A stretch of DNA of 64,000 bases from Spirochaetia bacterium (GTDB lineage Bacteria > Spirochaetota > Spirochaetia > SZUA-6 > Bin103): contig CBDAOI010000001.1 of NCBI GenBank assembly GCA_965198005.1, forward strand, positions 224,001-288,000. Reading direction: 5' to 3'. This document shows, in pieces, positions 50,483 to 62,750 of this stretch. The position numbers and the translations under genes are program-made. The notes under the pieces were generated by a model, which was not told the DNA's origin, did no database searches, and saw only the letters and a list, made by a program, of their open reading frames with translations. Every line of letters starts with the position of its first letter. The first letter of the stretch is position 1.

Positions 50483-52657
50483 ATGGTGCGGGCCGTGGCG
50501 GGCGGGTCCAGCGGGTGGGGATCGCGGGGCGTCGGCGACGGCCTCAACCCGGAGCAGGAGCGGGCCGCCGCCAGCCTGCATGGGCCGGTAATGGTGCTGG
50601 CGGGGGCGGGGTCGGGCAAGACGCGGGTGATTACCGCCCGCCTTTCCCGCCTGCTCGCAGCCGGGGTGGAGCCGGCCGCGATCGTCGCGCTCACCTTCAC
50701 CAACAAGGCCGCGGCCGAGATGCGTCGGCGTGCCGGCATCGACCGGACGGGGGCGCGCGCCGTCCGCCGCGGCCGCGGCGGCCCCACCGTGTGCACGTTT
50801 CACGCCTTCGGCTTGCAGGTGGTGCGCCGGTACGCCGCGGCGCTCGGGTTCGGCGCCGGGGCCGGCGCCCGCCTGACCGTGTACGATCAGCACGACAGCG
50901 CCCAGCTCCTGCGCGAAGTGGCCGCCGAGCTGCGCCTGGACGGGGACTCGGCGGGCGGCGACCCCGCCCACCTGCAGCGGCTGGTGTCGGCCGTGCGCAT
51001 GGGCGACGCCGCCGCCGGCGCCCGCCTCGGCCCCGGGGTCGACCGGCTCATCGCCCGCTACCGCCAGCGGTTGCTGCTGCATCGCGCGGTGGACTTCGAC
51101 GACCTGATCCTGCTGCCGCTGGAGTTGCTGCGCGGCGAGCACGGCGCCGCGCTCCGCGCCCGCCACACCCACCTGCTGGTCGACGAGTTCCAGGACACCT
51201 CGACCCGGCAGTACCAGGTGCTGCACGCGCTCACCGCCACCAGCCGCAACGTGTGCGTGGTGGGCGACGACGATCAGTCGATCTACTCCTGGCGCGGCGC
51301 CGACGCCACCAACTTCGAGCGCTTCAGCCGCGATTTCCCCGAACGGCTGGAAATCAAGCTGGAGCAGAACTATCGCTCGACCGGGACGATCCTGAACCTC
51401 GCCAATGCCATCATCGGCCACAATCGGGCGCGCCGGCCGAAGCGGCTGTGGAGCGCCGGGGGCGCCGGCGCGCCGGTGACCGTGGCCCATCCGGCGGACG
51501 AGACCGACGAGGCGGAGTGGATTGCCGGACAGATTCGAACGCTGGCGGTACGCGCGCGGCTGCGCTACGCGGACTGCGGCGTGCTGGTGCGGGCCAACAG
51601 CCTCATGCGCGCGGTCGAGGAGGCGTTCCTGCGTGAGCGCATCCCCTACCAGGTGTCCGGCGGCGTGAGCTTCTTCACCAGGCGGGAGGTGCGCGACCTG
51701 ATCGCGTACCTGCGCGTGCTGGCCAACCCCGACGACGACGTCAGCCTGCGGCGCATCCTGAACGTGCCCCGGCGCGGGCTGGGTGCGGCGGCCCTGGAGC
51801 GGGTCACGGGCATCGCCGGCGCGCGCCGCTGCTCGCTGTACGGCGCGCTGGCTGCGCTCCGGGCCGGCGCGGTGGAGCCCGACGGCGCCGCCGGTGATGC
51901 CCGGCAGCGGGCCGCGGTGGGAGAGCTGGTGGAGCTGCTGGACGAGTTCGGCGGGCGCATGCGCGCCGCCGCGGCGCGACCCGGGGCCGCGCGTGGGGCG
52001 CGCACGCCGGGGATGGCGGCGGTGCTGGCCGAGCTGGTGGAGGCGGTCGGTTACCGCGACCACCTGGTGGGCACGGAGCGCGCGGAGGTGGTGCGCTGGA
52101 AGCTGGGCAACGTCGATTCCCTGGTCGGCTCGCTGGCCGACTTCGAGGAGCGGTCCGGCGCCAATGGGCATGGCCCGCCGGCGCTGGTCGACTATCTGGC
52201 GCGCACCGCGCTGGTGAACCGCGACGACGACACGCCGGGCGACGCGGACGACGCCCGCGGCCGGGTCTGGCTGATGACCGTGCATGCCGCCAAGGGGCTC
52301 GAATTCGACACTACCTTCATTGCCGGCGCCGACGACGGGCAGATTCCCCACGCACGCTCGCTGGCGGAGAACGAGGCCAACCTCGAGGAGGAGCGGCGGC
52401 TGTTTTACGTCGCCGTGACCCGCGCCCGGCGCCGGCTGTTCATCACCATCCCGGCCTCCCGCGGCCGCCGGTGGGCCGCCGGAACCCGCCCCACCGAGCA
52501 CCCCACCCTGCCGTCCCGCTTCCTGACCGAGTTGCCACCCGACCTGGTGCTGGACGTGGGCGACGGCGCCAGGGACGCGGACGCGGAGGAACTCACCCCG
52601 GATGAGGCCAGCGCGCTGTTTCGCGACCTGAAACGGCGGCTGGGGGCGGCCCGATGA
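50483..52657 (+). CDS. UvrD/Rep-family SF1 DNA helicase
   Basis: AGAGSGKT, TFTNKAA, VDEFQD, GDDDQSIY, QNYRS, KGLEF, EERRLFYVAVTRA. Confidence 0.95.
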   Translation: MVRAVAGGSSGWGSRGVGDGLNPEQERAAASLHGPVMVLAGAGSGKTRVITARLSRLLAAGVEPAAIVALTFTNKAAAEMRRRAGIDRTGARAVRRGRGGPTVCTFHAFGLQVVRRYAAALGFGAGAGARLTVYDQHDSAQLLREVAAELRLDGDSAGGDPAHLQRLVSAVRMGDAAAGARLGPGVDRLIARYRQRLLLHRAVDFDDLILLPLELLRGEHGAALRARHTHLLVDEFQDTSTRQYQVLHALTATSRNVCVVGDDDQSIYSWRGADATNFERFSRDFPERLEIKLEQNYRSTGTILNLANAIIGHNRARRPKRLWSAGGAGAPVTVAHPADETDEAEWIAGQIRTLAVRARLRYADCGVLVRANSLMRAVEEAFLRERIPYQVSGGVSFFTRREVRDLIAYLRVLANPDDDVSLRRILNVPRRGLGAAALERVTGIAGARRCSLYGALAALRAGAVEPDGAAGDARQRAAVGELVELLDEFGGRMRAAAARPGAARGARTPGMAAVLAELVEAVGYRDHLVGTERAEVVRWKLGNVDSLVGSLADFEERSGANGHGPPALVDYLARTALVNRDDDTPGDADDARGRVWLMTVHAAKGLEFDTTFIAGADDGQIPHARSLAENEANLEEERRLFYVAVTRARRRLFITIPASRGRRWAAGTRPTEHPTLPSRFLTELPPDLVLDVGDGARDADAEELTPDEASALFRDLKRRLGAAR

Positions 52658-53640
52658 CGCGCCGCGACCGGCGCATCCGGAGCCTGCGGCACGGGCTGTT
52701 GGCGGTCGGCACGATGCTGGTGGCCGTGGCCGGCAGCCTGGCGCTGGCCGGCTGCCGCTCGGTAGGCGGCATGGACGGCGCCGGCGGCGCCGCCCTCCCC
52801 GTGCCGGCAGCGCCCGTGCGCGGGATCGACGCGCCGTGGCGGGTCGGCATCCAGATCGGTCACCTCGACGGGGCCGATGCACCGGACGAACTGTCCCACC
52901 TGCGCAGCTCGACCGGGGCGTACGCCGCCGGCGTGGCGGAAGTCGAGGTCAACCGGGACATCGCCGCGCGCGCGGCGGCGCTGCTGGAGCAGCACGGCAT
53001 CGAGGTGGTGCTGCTGCCGGCGACCGTCCCGCCTCGGTTCACGGCCGATGCGTTCGTCGCGCTGCACGCCGACGGCAACCCCAGTTCGGCGCCGCGCGGC
53101 TTCAAGGTGGCCCCGCCCTGGCGGGCGTCGCCGACATCGCGCCGCCTGGTCGCGGCGCTCCACACCCACTACGGGCGCGCCACCGGGCTGCCGCACGACC
53201 TGAACGGGGTCTCCTTCAACATGCGCGGCTACTACGCGTTCAGCGGCTTCCGCTACCGGCACTCGATCGCGTTCACCACGCCGGCCGCGATTCTGGAGAT
53301 GGGCTACGTGACCAACCCGGAGGACCGTGCCTTTCTGCTCGCGCACCCGGACGTGGCCGCCGCCGGCATCGCCGCCGGGGTGCGCGCGTTCCTGGCCGAG
53401 CGCAATCCGCTGGATCCGATCGCGCTGTATCCGCCGGATCCCGTCCTGCTGCTGCCGGTCCGCCGCGACCTGCCGGTGTATGCCGCGCGCGACCCGGCGG
53501 CGGCGGTGCGCGTGCGACTGAAGCCGACCGACTTCGTGGTCGGGCTCGACCTGGTGGATGGCTGGTACGACGTGCGCGTACGCGGCAGCTACCGCAGTTT
53601 CGGCTGGGTGCGCCAGGAGCATCTGGTCCGCCTCCGTTGA
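52654..53640 (+). CDS. N-acetylmuramoyl-L-alanine amidase (Amidase_3), probable lipoprotein with C-terminal SH3-like domain
   Basis: Lipobox LAGC; GH, E..VN, ALHAD, ILEMGY. Confidence 0.85.
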   Translation: MTRRDRRIRSLRHGLLAVGTMLVAVAGSLALAGCRSVGGMDGAGGAALPVPAAPVRGIDAPWRVGIQIGHLDGADAPDELSHLRSSTGAYAAGVAEVEVNRDIAARAAALLEQHGIEVVLLPATVPPRFTADAFVALHADGNPSSAPRGFKVAPPWRASPTSRRLVAALHTHYGRATGLPHDLNGVSFNMRGYYAFSGFRYRHSIAFTTPAAILEMGYVTNPEDRAFLLAHPDVAAAGIAAGVRAFLAERNPLDPIALYPPDPVLLLPVRRDLPVYAARDPAAAVRVRLKPTDFVVGLDLVDGWYDVRVRGSYRSFGWVRQEHLVRLR

Positions 53641-53650
53641 GGCGGCGGGC

Positions 53651-56320
<2,670 letters not shown>

Positions 56321-56399
56321 GCGGTAACCTAGAGAGAATGTCCGCGCCGTGTCAAACCCAACGGCGCCACGCGAACGGCTACGAACGGTCAGGCCTCGT

Positions 56400-57302
56400 T
56401 CAGGCCGAGACCGCGAACGCCTCCAGGTAGCGGCTGCGCGAGGGATGGCGCAGCCGGCGCAGCGCCTTCTTCTCGATCTGGCGGATGCGCTCCTTGGTGA
56501 GGCGGTAGCGGGCGCCGATCTCCTTCAGCGACAACGGCTGCTTGCCGTTGAGCCCGAACCGACGCACGATGATGTCCGCTTCCTTCTCCGTGAGGGTCGA
56601 GAGCACGCGGTTGATCTGATCGCGCAACACGTTCTCCTCGGCATGTCCCTCGGGCGACTGGGACTTGGCGTCCACCACGAAGTCGCCGACGCTGGCCGCG
56701 TCACGATCCGGGCCGATGGGACCGTCCAGCGACACCAGACTGCGCGAGATGCCCACCAGCGATTCCACGTGCGATTCGGGCATGTCGACTACCCGTGCCA
56801 CCGCGCTCAGCTTGGGCTCGGCGGAGCGGTCGCCCTGAAGCTGCTTGCGCGCTTTCTCGATCTGCACCAGCTCGTTGGCCCGGTTCAAGGGCAGCCGGAT
56901 CATCCGCGACTTCTCGCAGACCGCCTTGAGAATCGCCTGGCGAATCCACCAGACCGCGTAGGAGATGAAGTGGTATCCCTTGGTCACGTCGAACCGCTCG
57001 ACCGCGTTCATCAGCCCGATGTTGCCTTCGCTGATCAGGTCGGACAGGGGAAGGCCCTGGTTCTGGTATTTCTTGGCGACGTTCACGACGAATCGTAGAT
57101 TCGCGCGTACCAGATGCTCCTTGGCGTCGGCGTCGCCGGCGCGCGCGCGGGTGGCGTAGTCCACCTCTTCCTCACGCGTCAGCAACGGAATGCGGTTGAT
57201 GTCGCGCAGATACAGCGAGAGCACGCTGTTGTCGGCGTGCTCGCCGCCGGTACGGATCATCCGGCGCGTGGCCGGAGGAGTATTTCGTGTGGTCTGTGGC
57301 AT
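56400..57302 (-). CDS. Sigma70-family factor lacking region 1.1 (RpoS-like)
   Basis: YLRDI, ANLRFVV, YAVWWIRQ, LTKERIRQIE. Confidence 0.92.
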   Translation of the reverse strand: MPQTTRNTPPATRRMIRTGGEHADNSVLSLYLRDINRIPLLTREEEVDYATRARAGDADAKEHLVRANLRFVVNVAKKYQNQGLPLSDLISEGNIGLMNAVERFDVTKGYHFISYAVWWIRQAILKAVCEKSRMIRLPLNRANELVQIEKARKQLQGDRSAEPKLSAVARVVDMPESHVESLVGISRSLVSLDGPIGPDRDAASVGDFVVDAKSQSPEGHAEENVLRDQINRVLSTLTEKEADIIVRRFGLNGKQPLSLKEIGARYRLTKERIRQIEKKALRRLRHPSRSRYLEAFAVSA

Positions 57303-57340
57303 TTGGAATCTTTGTCTCTCTCTATTGTCGGCACCGGTAT

Positions 57341-57356
57341 AGCAAGTTCCGTACCA
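57341..57356 (-). promoter_or_regulatory. Sigma54 (-24/-12) promoter of the sigma gene
   Basis: TGGTACG-GAAC-TTGCT, one mismatch to TGGCACG-N4-TTGCW. Confidence 0.8.
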
Positions 57357-57570
57357 ACATGTCGCGCCTCGTCATTCGATTGATAAAGTATTCAAGTATA
57401 ACGATTTAGCTGAATCAGTCCAGGCTTCGTTCGGGACTGCTGACGGTACGGGTGAGTCAGTAGTACCCAATGCCCGACGAAACCTCCGGAAACTGGGTCA
57501 TAACGACCCGCCTGCGCTTTCCGGTCCACCTGGAAGCGATGCCGAACGCGCGCCCGGTTCGCCCTGTTCA

Positions 57571-57648
57571 CTGGTCCGACAATGTTGACCAGCAGGCGAT
57601 GCCGGTGCATCGATTTCATCGTCTTGCGTGTCACGGAGTGACCGTGCC
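57571..57648. repeat. Dispersed 78-bp repeat (also about 11700-11778, 19225-19380 x2, 29515-29673 x2)
   Basis: Core TTCATCGTCTT(C/G)C(G/A)TGTCACGGAGTGACCGTG. Confidence 0.8.
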
Positions 57649-57656
57649 GACTCGGG

Positions 57657-57686
57657 TTGACGGCAAAATCGCATCGTCAGTATATT
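57657..57686 (+). promoter_or_regulatory. Sigma70-type promoter of groES
   Basis: TTGACG-18 nt-TATATT. Confidence 0.55.
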
Positions 57687-57737
57687 GCGCGCGAACCTCA
57701 ACATCACCATCTATCCAATTCACAGGAGGATCTACCG

Positions 57738-58001
57738 ATGACGATCAAGCCTCTCGGTGATCGCGTTCTGGTCAAGGTCGAAGAAGCCGACCAGAAGACC
57801 GCGGGCGGCATCTATATCCCGGATACCGCGCAGGAAAAGACCCAGAACGGGGTCGTGCTCGCAGTTGGCGACGACGAAGAGATCAAGGTGAAGGTCGACG
57901 ACAAGATCATTTACGACAAGTACGCCGGAACCAGCGTCAAGGTGGGGGACGACGAGCAGCTCATTCTCAAGGCCGCCGACATCCTCGCGGTCTATAGCTG
58001 A
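57738..58001 (+). CDS. groES: Co-chaperonin GroES
   Basis: IKPLGDRVLV, TAGGIYIPD, KYAGT; RBS AGGAGG. Confidence 0.97.
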   Translation: MTIKPLGDRVLVKVEEADQKTAGGIYIPDTAQEKTQNGVVLAVGDDEEIKVKVDDKIIYDKYAGTSVKVGDDEQLILKAADILAVYS

Positions 58002-58073
58002 ATCCGAGCCGCCGGCAGGACCGGCCACCGTGCCGCTCGCGGCGCTTGCAGCCTCGGTCCGGGGCCCGTCCGC

Positions 58074-60656
58074 TCAGGACGGGCTTGCTGGTGGCAACTG
58101 CCGCCGCTCATCGGAGCCGGCGCCGTCGAAGTGCGCGGCCACCCGGTCCGCCAGCTCGGCGGCGCCGGTCATCCGGATCGGGGCGTCGGGCAGTGAACGG
58201 AGAAACACCTCGCCGTAGGTGCGGCGCGCCACGCGGGCGTCGAGAATCAGCACCACGCCGCGGTCGTCGCGGCGGCGAATCAGCCGGCCGAACCCCTGCC
58301 GTACCCGGATCGCGGCGCGCGGCAGCGTCAGCGCGGTGAACGGGTCGTCGCCGGCCGCCGCCACCCGCTCCATCTGCGCCACCGCGACCGGATGAGTGGG
58401 TACCGCGAACGGCAGCCGGCAGATCACCACCAGGCTGAGCGCCTCGCCCGGTGTATCCACGCCCTCCCAGAACGAGTCGGTGGCGAACAGCACGCTCGTC
58501 GTGTCCTCCTGAAAGCGGCTGAGCAGCAGGTGCCGGTCGCCGTCGCCCTGGCACAGTAGCTGAATGCCCGCCCGGGCCAACGGCACGTGCACCCGGCGGA
58601 AGGTGCGCTGCAGCATCCCGTAGGCGGTGAACAATACCAGCGCGCGCCCGCCGCTGGCCTCGAGAACCCGACTAAGATACTCGCCCAGCCACTCCTCATG
58701 GTCCGCGCGGGTGGGGTCGGGGGCATCGGTGGGCACGCCTACCCACACCTGCTCCCGCCAGTCGAACGGTGACGGGAACCGCTCGGGAAAGACCGCGCGC
58801 GCCCCCTCCCCGGCGCCGCCCAGCCCGATCCGCCTGAACCAGAAGGAGAAGTCGTCCGCCACGGTCAGCGTGGCCGAGGTGAGCACCACGCTCGGGTAGC
58901 GTTCGAACACCGCCGCCCGCAGCCGCGGCGCGATCTCGACCGGCGTCACCACCAGCGCCGCGGTGGCCGCGCCGCGCCGCCGCCGGCGCGCCTCGACCCA
59001 GCGCACCAGGTCGGCATCGCCGCCGCACAACGCCCGGCACAGCTCGGCCGCCGCGCGCATGCGACGCACCTCGACCCGCAGCTCGACCACGTCCTCCTCC
59101 TCCTGGTCGGCCGCCTCCAACCGGTCGACCACCAGCGCCACCGCACCGGACAGCTCCAGCAGCGTGCGTGCGGCCGCGTCCAGCGTCTCCAGCACCGGTT
59201 CGGCGCGGGGGCCGGCCAGCCGCGCCGCCGACTCCGGCCCGAGCAGGCCGAGCGCCGCGCCGTCCAGCGCCGCCGCCTGCCGCCGCAGACTCGCCACGGC
59301 GGCCACCAGCTCGCCCACCGGCGGCTCGGCCGCCGCGAACCACTCGGCGTGGCGTCCGATCAGGCCCCCGCCGAGGCCCCGGCGCCGGCCGAGGAGGCGG
59401 CCGGCGATCCGTTCCAGGGTGACCGCGGACAGCCGCGCGGAGAACAGGGACAGCGCGCTGCGCTCGATGGCGTGCGCTTCGTCGAACACTATGCGGCGAA
59501 ACCCCGGCAGCACCGCGGCGCTGTCCAGGGCGCGGGCCGCGCCGCCGCCGGCCGCGTCCCGCAGCGCCAGATCGGCGAACAGCAGGTGGTGATTGACCAC
59601 CAGCACGCGGGCAGCGGCGGCCTCGCGGCGCGCGCGCAGCACGAAGCACCGTTCCCGGTCGGGGCAACGCAGGGAGCCGCAGGCGTCGGCCTCGGAGCAG
59701 ACCGAGTCCCAGGTCGCCGCGCTGACCGGGAACGGCAGGTCGCTACGGGTTCCGGTGGGCGTGACCTGGGACCACTCCTGCACGGCGCGCAGCTCGCCGG
59801 CGTCCGGCAACGCGGGCCGCAGCGCGTCCGGCAGCAGCTCGGGACCGAAGTCCAGGTCCGCCGGCACGCTGCGCGCCGATGCGCCGCGCGCCGTCTCGCC
59901 GTGCGCGGCCTGCAGCCGCCGCCGGCACAGGTAGTTGCCGCGCCCCTTGACCAGACAGGTGCGGACCTCGGTCCCCAGAATGCGCTGCACCAGCGGCAGA
60001 TCCTTTTCCATGAGCTGCTGCTGGAGGTTGATGGTGGCGGTGGAGATCACCACCCGCTCGTCGTTGGCGTGCGCCCAGGTCACGGCCGGGATCAGATAGG
60101 CGAGCGACTTGCCGATGCCGGTGCCCGCCTCGGCCACCACGATCGCCTCGTCGTTGAACGCGTCGCACACCGCCTGCAGCATGGCGGTCTGGCCGGGCCG
60201 GCGCTCGTAACCGGGGTGGAGCCGCGCCAATGGCCCGCCCGGCTGCAACGCGGCGGCCAGCGCGCGCGTGTCGAGCGGGCGGATCCGGGGCGCCGGCACC
60301 GGCTCGGTGACCACGTAGATGGCGGTCACCGCGTTGTCGACGATGCAGAACCCCTTGCCCTGGTTGCCGACGTAGGCGGCCACCTCCAGGTCGGCGGCGC
60401 TCGGCTCAAGCCGCCCGGAGGGGTGGTTGTGGAGCAGCAGGTCGGCGCCGTCGACGTAGGGCGCCAGCACCGGTACCGCGGCCCGGTTGCCGCGCGCGGC
60501 CACGGTCAGCTCCCGCACCCGGCCGTCGGGGGCCAGCACGCCCGTGCAGAACACTTCGCGCCCGCCCGCCTCGCGCACCGCGGCGCGCATGGCCGCGACC
60601 GCACCGTCGGCCAGCCACGCCGACACCTGCAGCGGCCGCCTGTGGCTTGCCTCCAT
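58074..60656 (-). CDS. DinG/YoaA-family helicase with N-terminal JAB/RadC-like domain
   Basis: HNHPSG.L.PS.AD; EAGTGIGKS, KGRGNYLC, DEAH, FWEGVD, QGFGRLIR. Confidence 0.92.
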   Translation of the reverse strand: MEASHRRPLQVSAWLADGAVAAMRAAVREAGGREVFCTGVLAPDGRVRELTVAARGNRAAVPVLAPYVDGADLLLHNHPSGRLEPSAADLEVAAYVGNQGKGFCIVDNAVTAIYVVTEPVPAPRIRPLDTRALAAALQPGGPLARLHPGYERRPGQTAMLQAVCDAFNDEAIVVAEAGTGIGKSLAYLIPAVTWAHANDERVVISTATINLQQQLMEKDLPLVQRILGTEVRTCLVKGRGNYLCRRRLQAAHGETARGASARSVPADLDFGPELLPDALRPALPDAGELRAVQEWSQVTPTGTRSDLPFPVSAATWDSVCSEADACGSLRCPDRERCFVLRARREAAAARVLVVNHHLLFADLALRDAAGGGAARALDSAAVLPGFRRIVFDEAHAIERSALSLFSARLSAVTLERIAGRLLGRRRGLGGGLIGRHAEWFAAAEPPVGELVAAVASLRRQAAALDGAALGLLGPESAARLAGPRAEPVLETLDAAARTLLELSGAVALVVDRLEAADQEEEDVVELRVEVRRMRAAAELCRALCGGDADLVRWVEARRRRRGAATAALVVTPVEIAPRLRAAVFERYPSVVLTSATLTVADDFSFWFRRIGLGGAGEGARAVFPERFPSPFDWREQVWVGVPTDAPDPTRADHEEWLGEYLSRVLEASGGRALVLFTAYGMLQRTFRRVHVPLARAGIQLLCQGDGDRHLLLSRFQEDTTSVLFATDSFWEGVDTPGEALSLVVICRLPFAVPTHPVAVAQMERVAAAGDDPFTALTLPRAAIRVRQGFGRLIRRRDDRGVVLILDARVARRTYGEVFLRSLPDAPIRMTGAAELADRVAAHFDGAGSDERRQLPPASPS

Positions 60657-60701
60657 GGCATGATCGTCATGCTATGGTACGGATTGTCAAGTCCGCGCCG
60701 C

Positions 60702-61538
60702 TCAGGCCGGCTCCTGCGGGTGGCTGCCGCGTTGCCGCAGCCACTCCACGGTGGCCATGAACAGCAGCGCGAACACGAACAGGAAGGTGGCCACCGCCAG
60801 AATCGCGGGGCTGATCTCCTCGCGGATGCCGGACCACATCTGGCGTGGGATGGTGCGCTGTTCCAGGCCGCCGATGAACAGCACCGTGACCACCTCGTCG
60901 AACGAAGTGGCGAACGCGAACAGCGCCCCGGAGATGACCCCGGGCGCGATCAGCGGCAACTGGATGCGCCGGAAGGCGGTGAACGGGCCGGCGCCCAGGC
61001 TGGCCGCGGCCCGCAGCAGGTTGGGGTCGAAGCCGGACAGGGTGGCGGTGACGGTGATCACCACGAACGGCGAGCCGAGGGCGGTGTGGGCCAGAATCAG
61101 CCCCAGATGGGTCTGCGCCAGCCCGGCCGCCGAGTAGAAGAAGAACATCCCCACCGCCGAGATGATCAGCGGCGTGACCAGCGGCGAGATCAACAGGCCG
61201 GTGACCACGGTCCGGCCCGGCATGGCGGGGTGCGCCAGACCGAGCGCCGCCAGGGTGCCGAGCAGGGTGGTGAGCAGCGTGGCGGCGACGCCGATGACGA
61301 CGCTGTTGACCAGTGCGCGGTGCCACTCCTCGTCGCCGGCCACCCCCTGATACCAGCGTAGCGACCAGGCGTCGGGGTCGAGCCGCAGCATCCCCTCGGT
61401 GAAGGTGAAGTAGGGCTCGGCGTTGAAGCTGAGCGGCACCACCACCAGGATCGGCGCGATCAGGAACAGCAGCACCGCGCCGCAGAACGCCAGGAACAGG
61501 ATTCGGCCGGCGCGCTCGCCGGCGCCGCGCGGCGGCAT
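60702..61538 (-). CDS. Polyamine-type ABC permease (PotC-like)
   Basis: WSLRWY, AAASLGA, SFDEVV. Confidence 0.92.
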   Translation of the reverse strand: MPPRGAGERAGRILFLAFCGAVLLFLIAPILVVVPLSFNAEPYFTFTEGMLRLDPDAWSLRWYQGVAGDEEWHRALVNSVVIGVAATLLTTLLGTLAALGLAHPAMPGRTVVTGLLISPLVTPLIISAVGMFFFYSAAGLAQTHLGLILAHTALGSPFVVITVTATLSGFDPNLLRAAASLGAGPFTAFRRIQLPLIAPGVISGALFAFATSFDEVVTVLFIGGLEQRTIPRQMWSGIREEISPAILAVATFLFVFALLFMATVEWLRQRGSHPQEPA

Positions 61539-61541
61539 CGG

Positions 61542-62750
61542 TCAGCCCAGCCGCAGCCGGCCTAGGCCGACCACGCGGTCGAAGACGACGTAGAACATCA
61601 GCACGCACAGCAGCAGGATGGCGCCCAGCGCCGCGGCCAGTCCCCAGTTCAGGGATTCCTGCATGTGGTAGGCGATCAGGTTGGAAATGAGCTGTCCGCT
61701 GCGCCCGCCGACCAGCGCCGGCGTGATGTAGTATCCAAGCGCCACAATGAACACCAGCAGCGCCCCGGCGCCGACCCCGGGCAGGGACAGCGGCCAGTAG
61801 ACGCGCCAGAACGCCTGCGCCGGCCCCGCCCCCAGCGACGCGGCCGCGCGCAGATAGAGCGGCCCTATGGTGCGCATCACCGAGTACAGCGACAGCACCA
61901 TGAACGGCAGCAGCACGTGGGTCATGGCAATCAAGGTGCCGGTCATGTTGTAGACCATCGTCAGCCGCTGCTGGTCGCCGATCACGCCCAGCCCCACCAG
62001 CAGGTCGTTGATCACCCCCTGGGTCTGCAGCAGCACGATCCAGGCCGTGGTGCGCACCAGCAGCGAGGTCCAGAACGGCAGCAGCACCCCCACCAGCAGC
62101 AGGGCGGCGCGGCGCGGCGGCGCATGCGCGATCAGGTAGGCCAGCGGATAGCCCAGCAGCAGACACAGCGCGGTGACCGCGACGCTGACCAGCAGCGTGC
62201 GGCCGAAGAGCCGCAGGTAGATGCGACGCTCCTCCGGCTGGCGCACGATGCTGCCGTCGGCCGCCCGGTCGCGGTCGAGCGCGTTCAGGTAGTGGCGCAG
62301 GGTCCAGCGCTCGCCGGCCCGCTGCAGCGCCCGCCAAGTGCCGGCCTCGCCCCAGGCCGCGTCGGCCGCCACCATGGCCGCGCGCCAGGACTCGGGTTGC
62401 GCCCCGCCCAGCCGGCGCACGCTGCGGGTGAAGACGCTGCGCAACCCCGCCTGCACCCGGTTGACGCGGGTGGCCACCTGTCCCAGCGTGCGCTGCTCGC
62501 GCGCCGCCACCAGCTCGCGCGCCGCGGCCGCGAACACCGCCTCCGGCGGCGCGCCGGTACCGTCCCAGCTCCGCAGCAGGGCCCGGGTCTCGGGCAGCGC
62601 GTCCGCGACCAGCGGGTCGTGCACGCTGCGCACCAGCATGGCGGCCAGCGGCGTGAGGAACGTTATCCCGATGAACGCCGCCAGCGGCGCGACCAGCAGC
62701 ATTGCCCGCAGCCGGGCGCCGGCCAGCGTGCCGCTCAGCGCGCCAGCCAC
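61542..62750 (-). CDS. Polyamine-type ABC permease (PotB-like)
   Basis: PFWTSLLVRT, ALGYYITPALVGG. Confidence 0.92.
   Translation of the reverse strand: MAGALSGTLAGARLRAMLLVAPLAAFIGITFLTPLAAMLVRSVHDPLVADALPETRALLRSWDGTGAPPEAVFAAAARELVAAREQRTLGQVATRVNRVQAGLRSVFTRSVRRLGGAQPESWRAAMVAADAAWGEAGTWRALQRAGERWTLRHYLNALDRDRAADGSIVRQPEERRIYLRLFGRTLLVSVAVTALCLLLGYPLAYLIAHAPPRRAALLLVGVLLPFWTSLLVRTTAWIVLLQTQGVINDLLVGLGVIGDQQRLTMVYNMTGTLIAMTHVLLPFMVLSLYSVMRTIGPLYLRAAASLGAGPAQAFWRVYWPLSLPGVGAGALLVFIVALGYYITPALVGGRSGQLISNLIAYHMQESLNWGLAAALGAILLLCVLMFYVVFDRVVGLGRLRLG

Noticed and set aside
57380-57737. CIRCE operator before groES
   Set aside because: TTAGCACTC-N9-GAGTGCTAA is not present
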